A stretch of DNA of 64,000 bases from positions 46,376,001 to 46,440,000 of the forward strand of contig OX597823.1 of assembly GCA_951406725.2 (NCBI GenBank), read 5' to 3'. This DNA is from Octopus vulgaris. Lineage: Eukaryota. Numbering within the stretch: the stretch's first letter is position 1; every line of letters starts with the position of its first letter. The notes under the pieces are model-generated. The model did no database searches. It was not told where the DNA came from and worked only from the letters and a program-made list of their open reading frames with translations. Made by a program: the position numbers and the translations under genes. Of the stretch, positions 1 to 11,484 are shown piece after piece.

Positions 1-1056
1 TCCAGATATATAAAATATAAACCCACAAATTATAAGTAGTAAACACATGACAGAGTAAAAGTATTGTACCGAACTGTTTTAGGTATTGACATATATTACA
101 GAGACATTGAAATTATTTGAACTACTGCATCATATAACAGCATGTTAACCTTAATACTAATTCTTAAAACATATCCTTCAAATTACTAATCCAAACAATG
201 TCCTTACCTCGGTTTTGTATTTGTATTTGATCCAAACTTCAGCTTCCATGCTCTGCATTAAGATTGCAATAACTTCGTCGACACATCTATACAAGAATAA
301 TTGACACATCCATACATCAAGAATAATTGACAGTTCTCGTCCATACACAAAAACAATTGTTAATTCTGCTATAGCATTTGCAACCAAGTCTAGTCGGCCG
401 CAAACGTTGGCTAAAGGTACCAGAACAAAAAAAAAAGAAAGAAAGAAAATAAAGTGATTATATAGGGTTCCTAGGAAATATTACTCTTCTAATAGAAGCC
501 GGGTTAAATATATTTTATTCCGCATTTTGCCATTTCTGCAGTAATAGCTTTCTTGCATCACAATTCGAATAGGAATCTCTCTAAGGCTCCAGTTGTTGCA
601 TCGATGTATCCAATGTTAATTATAAAAGGGGGACATCCTTGACGACCCAATGATAAAAGGGAACATCCTTGACGACCCAAACGTGTAGATTGAAATGGTT
701 CTGATGGGCAAATATATTTTATCTGATCTTAAATAATATGCCAGCGCTTATGCTAACGAAGCAGTTTTCGACAACGTAACCGAAGTCGTCTGCTTGCGTC
801 TTTCTGACCACACAACTTACGAGCGCCAGCATCTTCCTGAACATCTTTGTCTTCCACCGAGTTATTGGTTAGAAATTATTAATACTTACTTGCCCATGTC
901 CTTCACTGATCTGATCCCTACTTCATGACGTCTGGTATGTCGCCGGCAAACAAATCTGTCGTGTATACATTAACCACACATATTACAAGATTCAATTCAG
1001 GCGATTTGCCTAGATCGCTGTCAGCGATAGTTCAGCTATTATTATTCATTCTCAGC

Positions 1057-1291
1057 AAGGTAGCGAGCTGGCAGAATCGTTAGCAAGCCGGGCGAAATGC
1101 TTAGCAATATTTCACCTGCCGCTACGTTCTGAGTTCAAATTCCGCCAAGGTCGACTTTGCCTTTCATCCTTTCGGGGTCGATAAATTAAGCATCTGTTAC
1201 GCACTTGGTTCGATGTAATCGACTTAATCCGTTTGTCTGTCTTTGTTTGTCCTCTCTGTGTTTAGCCGCTTGTGGGTAGTAAAGAAATAGG
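1057..1291 (+). mobile_element. tRNA-derived SINE, family A (full-length copy)
   Basis: Head GGCGAGCTGGCAGAATCGTTAGC (A-box-like) and GAGTTCAAATTCC (B-box-like), central GCCTTTCATCCTTTCGGGGTCGATAAATTAAG, tail TTGTGGGTAGTAAAGAAATAG. The same sequence recurs many times in the window (e.g. 12982-13330, 19555-19750, 23998-24222, 26685-27300, 29570-30140, 31638-31855, 33262-33495, 33675-34065). Confidence 0.9.
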
Positions 1292-1405
1292 TATTTCGTC
1301 AGTCGTAGCGATCTGAGTTCAAATTCCGCCGAGGTTGACTATGCCTTTCATCCTTTCGGGGGTCAATGAATTAGGTACCCGTGGAACACTGGGGTCGATG
1401 TAATC

Positions 1406-1640
1406 TGTTTCTTTATTACCCACAAAGGGCTAAACATAGAGGGGACAAATACGGACAGACAAACCGATTAAGACGATTATATCGACCCCAGTGCGTGACT
1501 GGTACTTAATTTATCGACCCCGAAAGGATGAAAGGCAAAGTCGACCTCGGCGGAATTTGATCCCAGAACGTAACGGCAGACGAAATACGGCTACGCATTT
1601 CGCCCGGCGTGCTAACGTTTCTGCCAGCTGGCCGCCTTAA
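1406..1640 (-). mobile_element. SINE family A copy nested in another family A copy
   Basis: Reverse-complement full-length family A copy flanked by the direct repeat ACTGGGGTCGATGTAATC (1388-1405 and 1641-1658), an 18-bp TSD made of host SINE sequence. Confidence 0.88.
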
Positions 1641-3284
1641 ACTGGGGTCGATGTAATCGACTATCCCCCTCGCCTCAAATTTCAAGCTTTGTGCCTATAG
1701 TAGAAAGGATTATTTGTTCTCAGCACTCACGATTCATTAACAAGAGCTTTGGCCAACCACAGATTTATGCCTCAAAGTTAATTTATTTTCTTCGGTCTGC
1801 CACTCGTTGTAAGCAGCTGAGCAAAATACCTTAAGAATGTTACACATATTTGCATGGAATCATTGGTATCATATTTGTGTGGAATCTTGTATCAGGACAC
1901 ACGCACTTTGTCTCTGACAACGTAACCATTATGCTTCGTGCTGAAGAAATGCGTCATACAATTCTTGTTGCTAGTACGTCAGTCGTGAAGCCTATACTAA
2001 TTACCTTTTCTATTTGTTTCTAGTCTCACTTTCAATTTGCCTTTTCTTTTACTACTTCGTTACTAAAGCTTATCGAACCCTCTCTAATCGTCCTCTTCAC
2101 AACACCCCACCTCGGGTTGTTGACGATTGTCCGCCTTTGAAAGCCTTCTAACAAGCTAAACTTGTCTCCATAGGTATTTTTGACTATCATAAACTACATC
2201 GATTTAATACACTCTCTCTTGTTTAAAGCGTTAGGTAGTAATTGGATAAAAATTTGGCTGGGTTTAACCACGTTTAGGCTCCTTTGTTACTATAAAGATA
2301 CCGGTGACATACATGAACAAGTGAAGTAGGAGGAGCGAAACCCGACAGCGATTATCTTTAGTAGCTTCATTCAAACTATTACTATCACTAGCTAACGCCA
2401 TCATCATCCCCGTCGCTATTGCCTACACCTTCGTTATTACTAACACCTATTACCACTATTATAGAAAGCAATAAAAGTTACCAGAACGTAGTTATAATCA
2501 CGTCATGAGCAATGTGAAGATAATGGGAGTAATTTTCCACCTTAAAACCATCATCCTTAACACAATCTAAATCAACATTATTGTCAGTGATATCAATACC
2601 ATCAGAAGCGAAATTTGAAAAGAAAAACGAAACGAAAAGAAAGGTCGCTGATAACATTTGTTCAATCTTGCGAGATAATCTCTGAAACTGCCATACTCAA
2701 GGGAGAAATTGAGAGGTCTATTAAATTGTTCTTGTGCTAACCTAACTGGATATATGTACATTGTAAGGTCATATCAGACACTAGACCATCAACAGCGACA
2801 AAAAGCAGTGATAACAGCAATATCACTAATAGCTATATCTCTGCTGTTGAGAAAGCAACTGCAGCAGCAGCAACATCAGTCACAATAGCAATGTTGTGGA
2901 GAAAGCAACAACAGTCGTGTAGGAGAATTCCTACTGCGACGTGGAAATGAGCTTCAGCAATTGACATATAATGTAAGGATACTATTAAAAGTTAAGTATG
3001 GGATTAGCGTAGTTAATCTAGCGAACCATAAACAAAATTATAATTAATGAAGAATAAAAATTGTTAGTCTTAATTTCTGTCAAGAAAGACAAGGGAGACA
3101 ACTACGAAATTCGAAAGTATTAGAAATTAATGGGTGTCATAAAATGAAGTGAGTTCCTTCTTTCGCTAAAAGATGACAATTCCGGGCATGTTTCGCGATT
3201 ATTAGGCCTCTTCAGTAACACATAGTCTTATTCATCCTTACCAGACAGCTGAACGACTGATTCAAGAATTATTTTGAATATATA

Positions 3285-3695
3285 GGCGCAGGAGTGGCTG
3301 TGTGGTAAGTAGCTTGCTTACCAACCACATGGTTCCGGGTTCAGTCCCACTGCGTGGCACCTTGGGCAACTATCTTCTACTATAGCCTCGGGCCGACCAA
3401 AGCCTTGTGAGTGGATTTGGTAGATGGAAACTGAAAGAAGCCCGTCGTATATATATATATATGTGTGTGTGTGCGCGCGTTTGTTTGTGTGTCTGTGTTT
3501 GTACCCCTAGCATTGCTTGACAACCGATGCTGGTGTGTTTATGTCCCCGTCACTTAGCGGTTCGGCAAAAGAGACCGATAGAATAAGTACTGGGCTTACA
3601 AAGAATAAGTCCCGGGGTCGAGTTGCTCGATTTAAGGCGGTGCTCCAGCATGGCCGCAGTCAAATGACTGAAACAAGTAAAAGAGAGTAAAAAAG
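3285..3695 (+). mobile_element. tRNA-derived SINE, family B (CORE-like, bipartite with internal TA/TG microsatellite)
   Basis: Head GGCGCAGGAGTGGCTGTGTGGTAAG...GGTTCAGTCCC (A/B boxes), CORE-like CACCTTGGGCAA, internal (TA)n(TG)n, 3' half ending GACTGAAACAAGTAAAAGAG. Many copies throughout the window. Confidence 0.9.
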
Positions 3696-4049
3696 TATAT
3701 GATATTACTGATGAGACAATTTGAAGTAATGACAGAGAAAACTTTCCCAAATGGAAGAAGATAACAGCCTAAATGTGTAGACTTGGTGAAATTAATTAAG
3801 TATTAAAAACTAAGTGTTAAAACCTGGGCTTAAATGTTCACCCAGTCGTTAATATTAGAATATATTGCTGAACTCTTGAAATGTTTCAAAATTGACTGAC
3901 TTCCAGACACTCCCTCTAAGTTACTATACTGTACTGTAATTTAGGTCTCACCCACATGAACCAACGAAGGCACATTTATGTATTCACTAAAAAAGCAGCC
4001 GCCAAATATCCCTTGAAAATATACTCTACGGTCATTAGCTATCTATCTG

Positions 4050-4100
<51 letters not shown>

Positions 4101-4102
<2 letters not shown>

Positions 4103-4313
4103 CGGGAAGCTTTATGAAAATAAACAAAAGACGAAGGCAGCTGGAATTCAAACAAACAATTGTATTAGTATGGCGCTCAGGAATATAAATAAAACAAGTC
4201 TTTTACGTTTCGAGCCTACGCTCTTCAACAGAAAGATACACAGAAAAGAAACACGGAAAGAAACTAGGAGAGAAAAAAAATGCGTGCAGAAGCTAGCGAA
4301 TCAACATGGCGAT
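4101..4313 (-). mobile_element. ~200-bp Penelope-like (solo pseudo-LTR) element with minimal hammerhead-like motif
   Basis: Near-identical reverse complement of 59470-59671; abuts (TA)n; reads CTTTCTGTTGAAGAGCGTAGGCTCGAAACGTAAAAG on the - strand. Confidence 0.65.
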
Positions 4314-5029
4314 ACCTACTTATGTGTGTGATGGTGGCAGACCTTGTTTTGTAAGGAGATGAAAAAGAGATGGTTATTCATTCGTTAAGCTACAACAGTG
4401 ACCTCAATTGTTCTAAATTAGTAAGTCAGGAATATCGCCTCTCCACCTCTGTTTGTCGTCAAAGTTAGTTACTACGTGACGTCTGCCACTCGCCATACTG
4501 AAATATCTCTCCAGATTTCCTTCCCCTCAGGCTGTTAGCCTCTGCAGTTCATTCTTTCTTCACGTTGTTTCAACGGAACATCAATTACATCCTCCTCGAT
4601 AGTTTCTCCTGGTGTGTCTATAGTATTAAAAGATAAACAACCTTATCAAAAAACAAAATGTTTTTTTTTTTTCAAAAGCATCTCTAGAATGTATAGCATT
4701 AATCTTGAAAGATATAGAATATGTCAATATAAATCTTTACAACAACAACAACCGAAAAGAAATAATGATTTTATACATAATCCCTATCATATAAGGTCGA
4801 TCAAATCCATCTCAGTGCTTGACTTATTTCTCATTTAATCGATGAAATGATGAAATTCGAAGACACATTCGGTCAAATGTAATCGCAAAATAATAATACC
4901 ATGAGGCATTGTGACCGGTGCTTTACTGATTCTACCACCTTACCGATCTTGAATAAGCAATAAAAATAGTCTCAAAATGCCTGAAAAGAGATACTCTATA
5001 TTGATTTCTAATGTAAGTACACGACTTCG

Positions 5030-5537
5030 AATTTATCGAACGCGGAAGATGAAAGGCAAAGCCAAACCCGCCAGACTTTGAATCAGAATTTAAAGAAGTA
5101 ACTACGTATTAGTTTCAAATCTTGGTACAAGGCCAGTAATTTTGTGGGAAGGGATAAGTCGGTTGCATTGACCCCAGCTCAATTGGTACTTCTCGAAAGT
5201 ATGAAAGGTAAAATCGACCTCGGCGGAATTAGAACTCAGAACATAAAAACAAAAGAAATGTCGCTAAATTTCTTCCAGCTCACTACCTTAAGAAGTAACT
5301 ACATACTGCTTTCAAATTTTGACACAAAGGCAGTAACTTGTGGGGATGGGGAAGGTTATCCGATTATATAGGCCTCAGTATTCAACTGCTATACTTAATT
5401 TATCGACCTCGAAAGAATGAAATGCAAAGTCGACCTCAGTAGATTTGAAATCAGAACGTAAAAATTGACGAAAGGCGTTAAGCATGTTGTTCAGCGTGCT
5501 AACGACTCTGCCAGCACACCGCCTTAAGAAGTAACTA
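5030..5537 (-). mobile_element. stack of 2-3 degraded SINE family A copies
   Basis: Repeated ATGAAAGGYAAA..CGACCTCGGCGGA motifs separated by AAGAAGTAACTA at 5093, 5290 and 5526. Confidence 0.75.
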
Positions 5538-6774
5538 TATATTGTGAGATATTTTAGCAGGTTCTTTATCGATTATGGAGCAGCATAACGAACGAAACGA
5601 CTAAAATGCTGAGAGCTACTATTTGTCAAGTGATGGATTTGGTATTTATTTAAATAATAGTTATGTTGTCGCAGGTTTTCATTTCCCGTTATCTATTCAG
5701 TGGTAGCTTTTGTATGTTGTCCAGTTTCACACACCTTTCCACTACCTTCCCTTGGGTATCTTTGTGAAGTCCACTTTGTTGCAAGAATTCAGGCAAGGTT
5801 TTTGGTTTCATCTTCCTCTTTCCGCCACCAGCCGGGGGGGATCTCTGCACAAAGGTCATTGCCACAACCTTTTACTAAACCTTAACAAAAATCTGTCATC
5901 TTGAGACGTGGCATACTAACACCATAAACTCTAACAAGGGACGAAACAACAATAACAAACGCAATAATGGCAGAAATGACAATAGCTACAGCTTCAACAA
6001 TAGTAATTTTGAGCACAGCACCAAAGTCTATGGAAAAAGCAACAGATGAAACAATAGACACCGTATATCTAAATATATTTTCACCACCGACACTTAGACA
6101 TTTTGCTGTCACATGTTTATACATAAACATTATTATTTAAACACTTACATCTATTCTCAGAATATTCAGTTTCATATACACACAATAATACACATACAAA
6201 AAGATATAAGATACAAAGCTATGACCAGTGTCTACGCTGATTCGGTGAAGTTTAATATCTAACTATAGACTTTATATGAAAACAGCAAATGTAATTGAAA
6301 CAGGGAATGTAATTGAAAAACTAGAGCAGCTGATGCATAATACTAATAATATAGGTTAAGTAAAAGAAAATATCCCAGGGATGCGTTCTGCCATCTAAAG
6401 ATACAGGAGGGTCTCACATATAACATAGTTAAACATTTCGATTAACTGAGAATATTCAGGCACTTAAACATTCAAAAGTTTTAGTTAATTGCTTTGACTG
6501 ATATTATCTCCCCTGTCACGCTATTTTTGGATTCAACGATAACCGCACTGTTAAAACGTCTATAATATGGTGTCACGATTCCTTCATCGTCATGGAAGTT
6601 AGCTGACAATCGATGTATGCAAATACGTGGACATATCAGTGTCATCTCCTTACCATAGCTATAATAAGAGCGTAGATGGTGTGACGTTTTTCCTTCGTTT
6701 TTCTTTTCCTTTCTTTTCTGCTGCACACTCTGTACGCAGCCAAGATGCGGTAGCCTTTTCACCAATATTACTTA

Positions 6775-7158
6775 CTAGCAGTATCGCCCGGCGTTGCTCG
6801 GGTTTGTAAGGGAAATAACTATAAAGCATTTTTAGAGAGTTGTAGCCAAAAAAATAGCAAAAAAATGGAAATAAAATGATGGTAAATTTTTTTGAGAGTT
6901 AAAAAGGTCGAGTTGCGTCCCCTAGACAGTCTGTGGTTTGTGTTTCTGATTCTCGACCCCATGTCGAATTTATCGATTTTTTTCAGAACTGGGGGAACTT
7001 TTCAAAATTTTCGCTGCGTTAGTTTTGAATTATGACATTGGGCTATGTGTGTGTCAAGTTTCATCAGAATCGGTTGAAAGCCGTGGTCAGGGTGAGGGTA
7101 CAACCTAACAGACACACAGACACGCACACAGACAAACTGCCGTTTATATATAGAGAGA
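6775..7158 (-). mobile_element. non-autonomous Helitron
   Basis: On the - strand it starts A|TCTCTCTATATATAAACGGCAG and ends with the subterminal hairpin CCCGAGCAACGCCGGG followed by CTAG|T: canonical 5'-TC / hairpin / CTAG-3' termini at an A|T site, no TSD. Confidence 0.8.
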
Positions 7159-8040
7159 TGGATTCCAGTAAATATTTTTGATTACTCTCTCACACACGCA
7201 TAAACACGAACACACACACACAAATACGCACACATAGATCAACTAGTTTCAGTGATCATTAAAGCTTCGTCAGGATTCACATAATCTCTCTGGCTGCTGA
7301 CAGTGTTTTACCATTTTGACCCAACTCTCCTATTAATCCCACAGTTTTGACGACCCCTTACTGATCTCTTTACAGCTATCTCACTCCTTTTCCATTTCCT
7401 CTTTTATGCGCGTGATTCTGTTATTCATGTAATTCCTCCACCTTCTCTGCTTTATTATTAATGTCCTACTTCTCTTGTCATGATTTTCACTACTTCATTT
7501 CGATTTTTACTGGATCTCGTACAAAAAAAAATGGTACCACCTCGCTTTTTATATTTTATTACCTGACATATTATACAAATCCCAAACTACTCACTTCATC
7601 TTCTACACTACACGCACCTCACATTGTCATTTTCCCTCTCTGTTGTTGCATCCATATCACTCGCTTGTTTCGAATTTCCCCCAGTTTTGCGACCGTGTTG
7701 ATAACGCATCGGCACACTATCTCTCCGGAAAAAGACAAGTAACCAAAACGTTGAATGTTCACTTTCCACTTAAAATTGACTCATTTTAGTGTGAGCTTCT
7801 TCAACAATCTTATTTAATAGTTTTCCTAAATTTCTGTCTAATAGTTTATACATTTATTAGAATTTCTCATGTGCATTATCTACTTTTACAGGGAAATAAT
7901 TTTAAATTAGTAGTGATAAATTTAACAATAATTAACGATGGAAAGTAGGAATCAATCATTAAGAAAGTAAGAATTAAGAAGTGAAAAGAAATTTTTTTTT
8001 AATATAAATTTTTTAGAATGTAATAATAATAATTATGAAA

Positions 8041-8450
8041 TTCAGCAATGGGGTTTCAACATTTTGCTATCGAAGTCGGATGTAGAGGGTTTGTAGGACA
8101 CAGCGTGAGACGACTGTTGTTATCGCTAGGCCTAACTCATCGTAAAGTCAATACCACCATGACTGATATCCAATCTACAGTGGAGAAGGCTAGCCACTGG
8201 ATTTGGTTAAAAAGAGACGATGAACAATGGCTAGAAGTATATTGAGTTCTTCATAACCAGCTGATCTAGCAAGCGGGGCCTCATATCAGTGAGGGGGCCG
8301 GTGCGCATTGATGCCGTCGAGAGGTAGGCCCCGAAACGGCGCGCATTCTCTCCTGATGACCCCATACACTTGCTAGCTTCCGATATACGGAGCTTTTAAC
8401 TGGTAGCACTTGCATGTGCAAGTTGTTTGCAAGACATATATTGCAGATTA
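8041..8450 (+). mobile_element. 5'-truncated RLE-type (R2-group, HERO/NeSL-like) non-LTR retrotransposon: end of ORF plus 3' UTR
   Basis: ORF 8048-8245 FAIEVGCRGFVG...VEKASHWIWLKR matches the EVGxRGF and ASxWxWxKR motifs at the C-terminus of restriction-like endonuclease domains; followed by a GC-rich structured 3' UTR. The 3' boundary is approximate. Confidence 0.82.
8294..8359 (+). ncRNA. putative non-circularly permuted hammerhead ribozyme
   Basis: GGGGCC(8294-8299)/GGCCCC(8327-8332); GTGCGC(8301-8306)/GCGCAT(8341-8346); GCCGTC(8313-8318) pairs with GAAACGGC(8333-8340); GAGAGG(8319-8324)/TCTCTC(8347-8352) directly before CTGATGA(8353-8359). Confidence 0.6.
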
Positions 8451-8630
8451 GAGAAGCATATAGGAGGTGGATATAAAGGAACTAGAGAATCGGTGATAGT
8501 AAAGGTAAATATGGAAATTTAAAAAAAAAACAGAAAATAGATACAATCATGAAATATGTGTATATATATATATATATATATAATACACACACACATATAT
8601 ATATATGTAATATATATATATATACATATA

Positions 8631-9470
8631 AAGTAATGGCTATTTGCCAACATAATGACATAATGTGGCAGTCCCAGGATGGGACGAATATTGCTGTTAT
8701 TTAGCCCCAGGAAACATCGTTTCCAGCTGGTTATACATCGCAAAAAATTCTGTGTCCTTATATTTTCGAGCAGGAGAGATCAGCACCTCGACCCAGCACA
8801 ACTTCGCAACCACGGACTAGTTACTGGGTTACTGCTCTTTATCAGCGTGAAGTGGTTTGGTTGGCTAGATATCGCCACTGAACTGCTGTCGAAAATATAT
8901 AGATTTCAAAGTGATACACATCACTTGTCTACAAATCTTTCAAAAAGAGATGTACAATAACCAGCACCATAAAGTAATGGCTTTTTGCTTACATAATCTG
9001 GCAGTCCCAGGATGGTCGAATGTTGCAGTTATTTTGTCTCGGAAAACATCGTTTCCAGCTGGCTATACGACCCAAAAAATTCTGTGTCCTTATATTTTCG
9101 AACAGCACAACTTCGCATCCAATATTTCTATTTTGTAGATCAGTGATGTGTGCTACTTTGAAATCTATATATTTTCTACAGCAGTTCAGTATCGACATCT
9201 AGCCAGCCAAACTACTCCACACTGATTAAGAGCAATAACCCAGAAACTTGTCCGTGGGTGCGAAAGTTGTGCTGGGTCGAGGTACTAATCTCGCCTGTTC
9301 GAAAATATAAGGACACAGAACTTTTTGTGTCGTATAGCCAGTTGGAAACGATGTTTCCTGGGGGGCTAAATAACTGTAACATTCGTCTCATCCTGGGACT
9401 GCCACATTATGTTGGCAAAAAGCCATTACTATATGGTGCTGTTACTGTACATCTCTCTTTGAGAGATTTA
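8631..9470. repeat. ~340-bp unit present as two direct copies (one partial) plus one inverted copy (fold-back/MITE-like)
   Basis: 8631-8931 and 8932-9120 share GTAATGGC..GGCAGTCCCAGGATG..AAACATCGTTTCCAGCTGG..TTCTGTGTCCTTATATTTTCGA; 9132-9470 is their reverse complement. Confidence 0.88.
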
Positions 9471-9506
9471 GAAATAATATTTCTTTTCTCTCTCTCTGTA
9501 CACACA

Positions 9507-9582
<76 letters not shown>

Positions 9583-9612
9583 TGTATGTATGTATGTATG
9601 TATGTATGTATA

Positions 9613-9666
<54 letters not shown>

Positions 9667-9775
9667 TATATTTATCAGGAGACAAAGTTTAGATTCAAAT
9701 GAATATGATACTTAAGTTAGATGCACCAGAATTTTGCACGGTGTTATCCATATGAATCCATAGGGTGATTATAAT

Positions 9776-10029
<254 letters not shown>

Positions 10030-10229
10030 TGAATGAATGACTGTATGTATATGCGTGCATTGCTGTGTGTATTTCAATATGTAATAAAAAAAAAACTGAT
10101 TGAATATAAGTGTTATCAGTATTAGAGACATCTTATAACAGGTTTTCTGTGATGATTATTGCAAAACAATTATATAAAGATTTTTTTTCCGTGGTGATCG
10201 ACTGTATAAATCAGTTTAGGTTATCTATA

Positions 10230-10700
10230 ATTTGAATGTCTGAAATATCGATCCTCATGTCAGCACTTTCAGACTTGTCAGACTTTATGTTTAGCAGCAT
10301 AAAATAGCATGTAGGGATAATTAATTTGTCTGTTAGGCAGATATAGCATCAATTTGGTATGTTTGTGTTTGGGTGGCATTTTTCAGATCCAAATAGTGCA
10401 TTAATTTGTTTTGTTTTTTTCTTTAGTCTTTAAAGCTCCAGGCATGCTTAGACAATAACAGTGTCTTGCTGTTTTATGGATATCGAAAGAGAATAGATGC
10501 TCCGTATATTCGCTTTGAAATTAACTGTTAAAAGGATATGGATTTCTTTATTCATAACCAGTTACAGATGCTTAAGCTCGGTGGTGCATCCATATTTTAT
10601 GAAGATAATTTCTGATTAGAGTTGAAGAAATAATTGTATTACAATTACACAGAGATGGAAATCCTGGCTTCTTTATATTTGTTCTTGTATAATTTATTCT
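10230..10700 (-). pseudogene. Penelope-like element GIY-YIG endonuclease C-terminal fossil
   Basis: Manual translation of the - strand across frameshifts gives LCNCN..., FRYP*NSKTLLLSKHAWSFK, KCHPNTNIPN*CYICLTDKLII, LLNIKSD and KC*HEDRY, matching the PLE pattern CNC...LSKHIW.LK...C.LCL.EK..I...LLNKRSE...KCRH. Confidence 0.65.
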
Positions 10701-10791
10701 GGTGGTCTTTGATTTTAGGTTCATGAGGCTTTCAGTACACAGACAGCTAATATTACCTGTATTCTTATAGGTTTGTTGAATTTATATAAAG

Positions 10792-11183
10792 CACTGGTTC
10801 TTAACCATTTTTTTTTTTTGCCTATTCACACCTTTGATTTATATTTTACTCGAGTGGACCTCCATAGACACTTGAAGCTTTAAAAAATCTTATAATATTT
10901 TCATAATTAAATATTATTACAAATTGTGTAATAAAATATCTTAAAATATATTGCGTATGCTCTTTTACTTGTTTCACACATTTGAATGCGGCCATACTGG
11001 AGCACCGCCTTGAGGGGTTTTAGTCGAACACATCGGTCCCAGGACTTATTTTTTAAGCTTGGTACTTATTCTATCAGTCTCCCTTGCTGAACCACTAAGT
11101 TACTATGGTATAAACACATCAAAACTGGTTGTCAAGCGGTGATGAGACGATAAGCACAGACACAGATACACACACTTAGAGAT

Positions 11184-11231
<48 letters not shown>

Positions 11232-11484
11232 GCGACCGGCTTCTTTCAGTTTCCCTCTACCAAATCCATTCACAAGGATTAGGTCGGCCCGAAATTACCG
11301 AAGATACTTGTCAAGGTGCCACGCATTTGGACTGAACTTGGAACCATGTGGTCAGGAAGCAAGCTTCTCACCACGCTGTCATGCTTGCGCGTAGAAGTAT
11401 AACTAATTTATTGCACATAAATTATATCAATATAACCTTATATGGCCCCACAACTGTCATATGGACGCCGGTTTAGAACCAGTG
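10792..11484. mobile_element. hAT(Charlie)-like MITE interrupted by a SINE B copy (10960-11390, -)
   Basis: TIRs CACTGGTTCTTAACC (10792-10806) and GGTTTAGAACCAGTG (11470-11484), 14/15 complementary; 8-bp flanks are only partly matching (ATATAAAG / ACGTAAGG). Confidence 0.6.

Noticed and set aside
622-680. ~30-bp tandem duplication and faint Tc1-like peptides at about 540-900 and 1780-2000
   Set aside because: A simple local slippage duplicate; the peptide similarity is too weak to call.
3285-3360. tRNA-like sequences with A/B boxes
   Set aside because: They are SINE heads continuing into SINE bodies in many copies; no complete cloverleaf with terminator, so not tRNA genes.
5882-6130. Hydrophobic 82-aa ORF resembling a membrane protein
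   Set aside because: It derives from a decayed AAC/AGC/AAT trinucleotide region, similar to 2780-2920.
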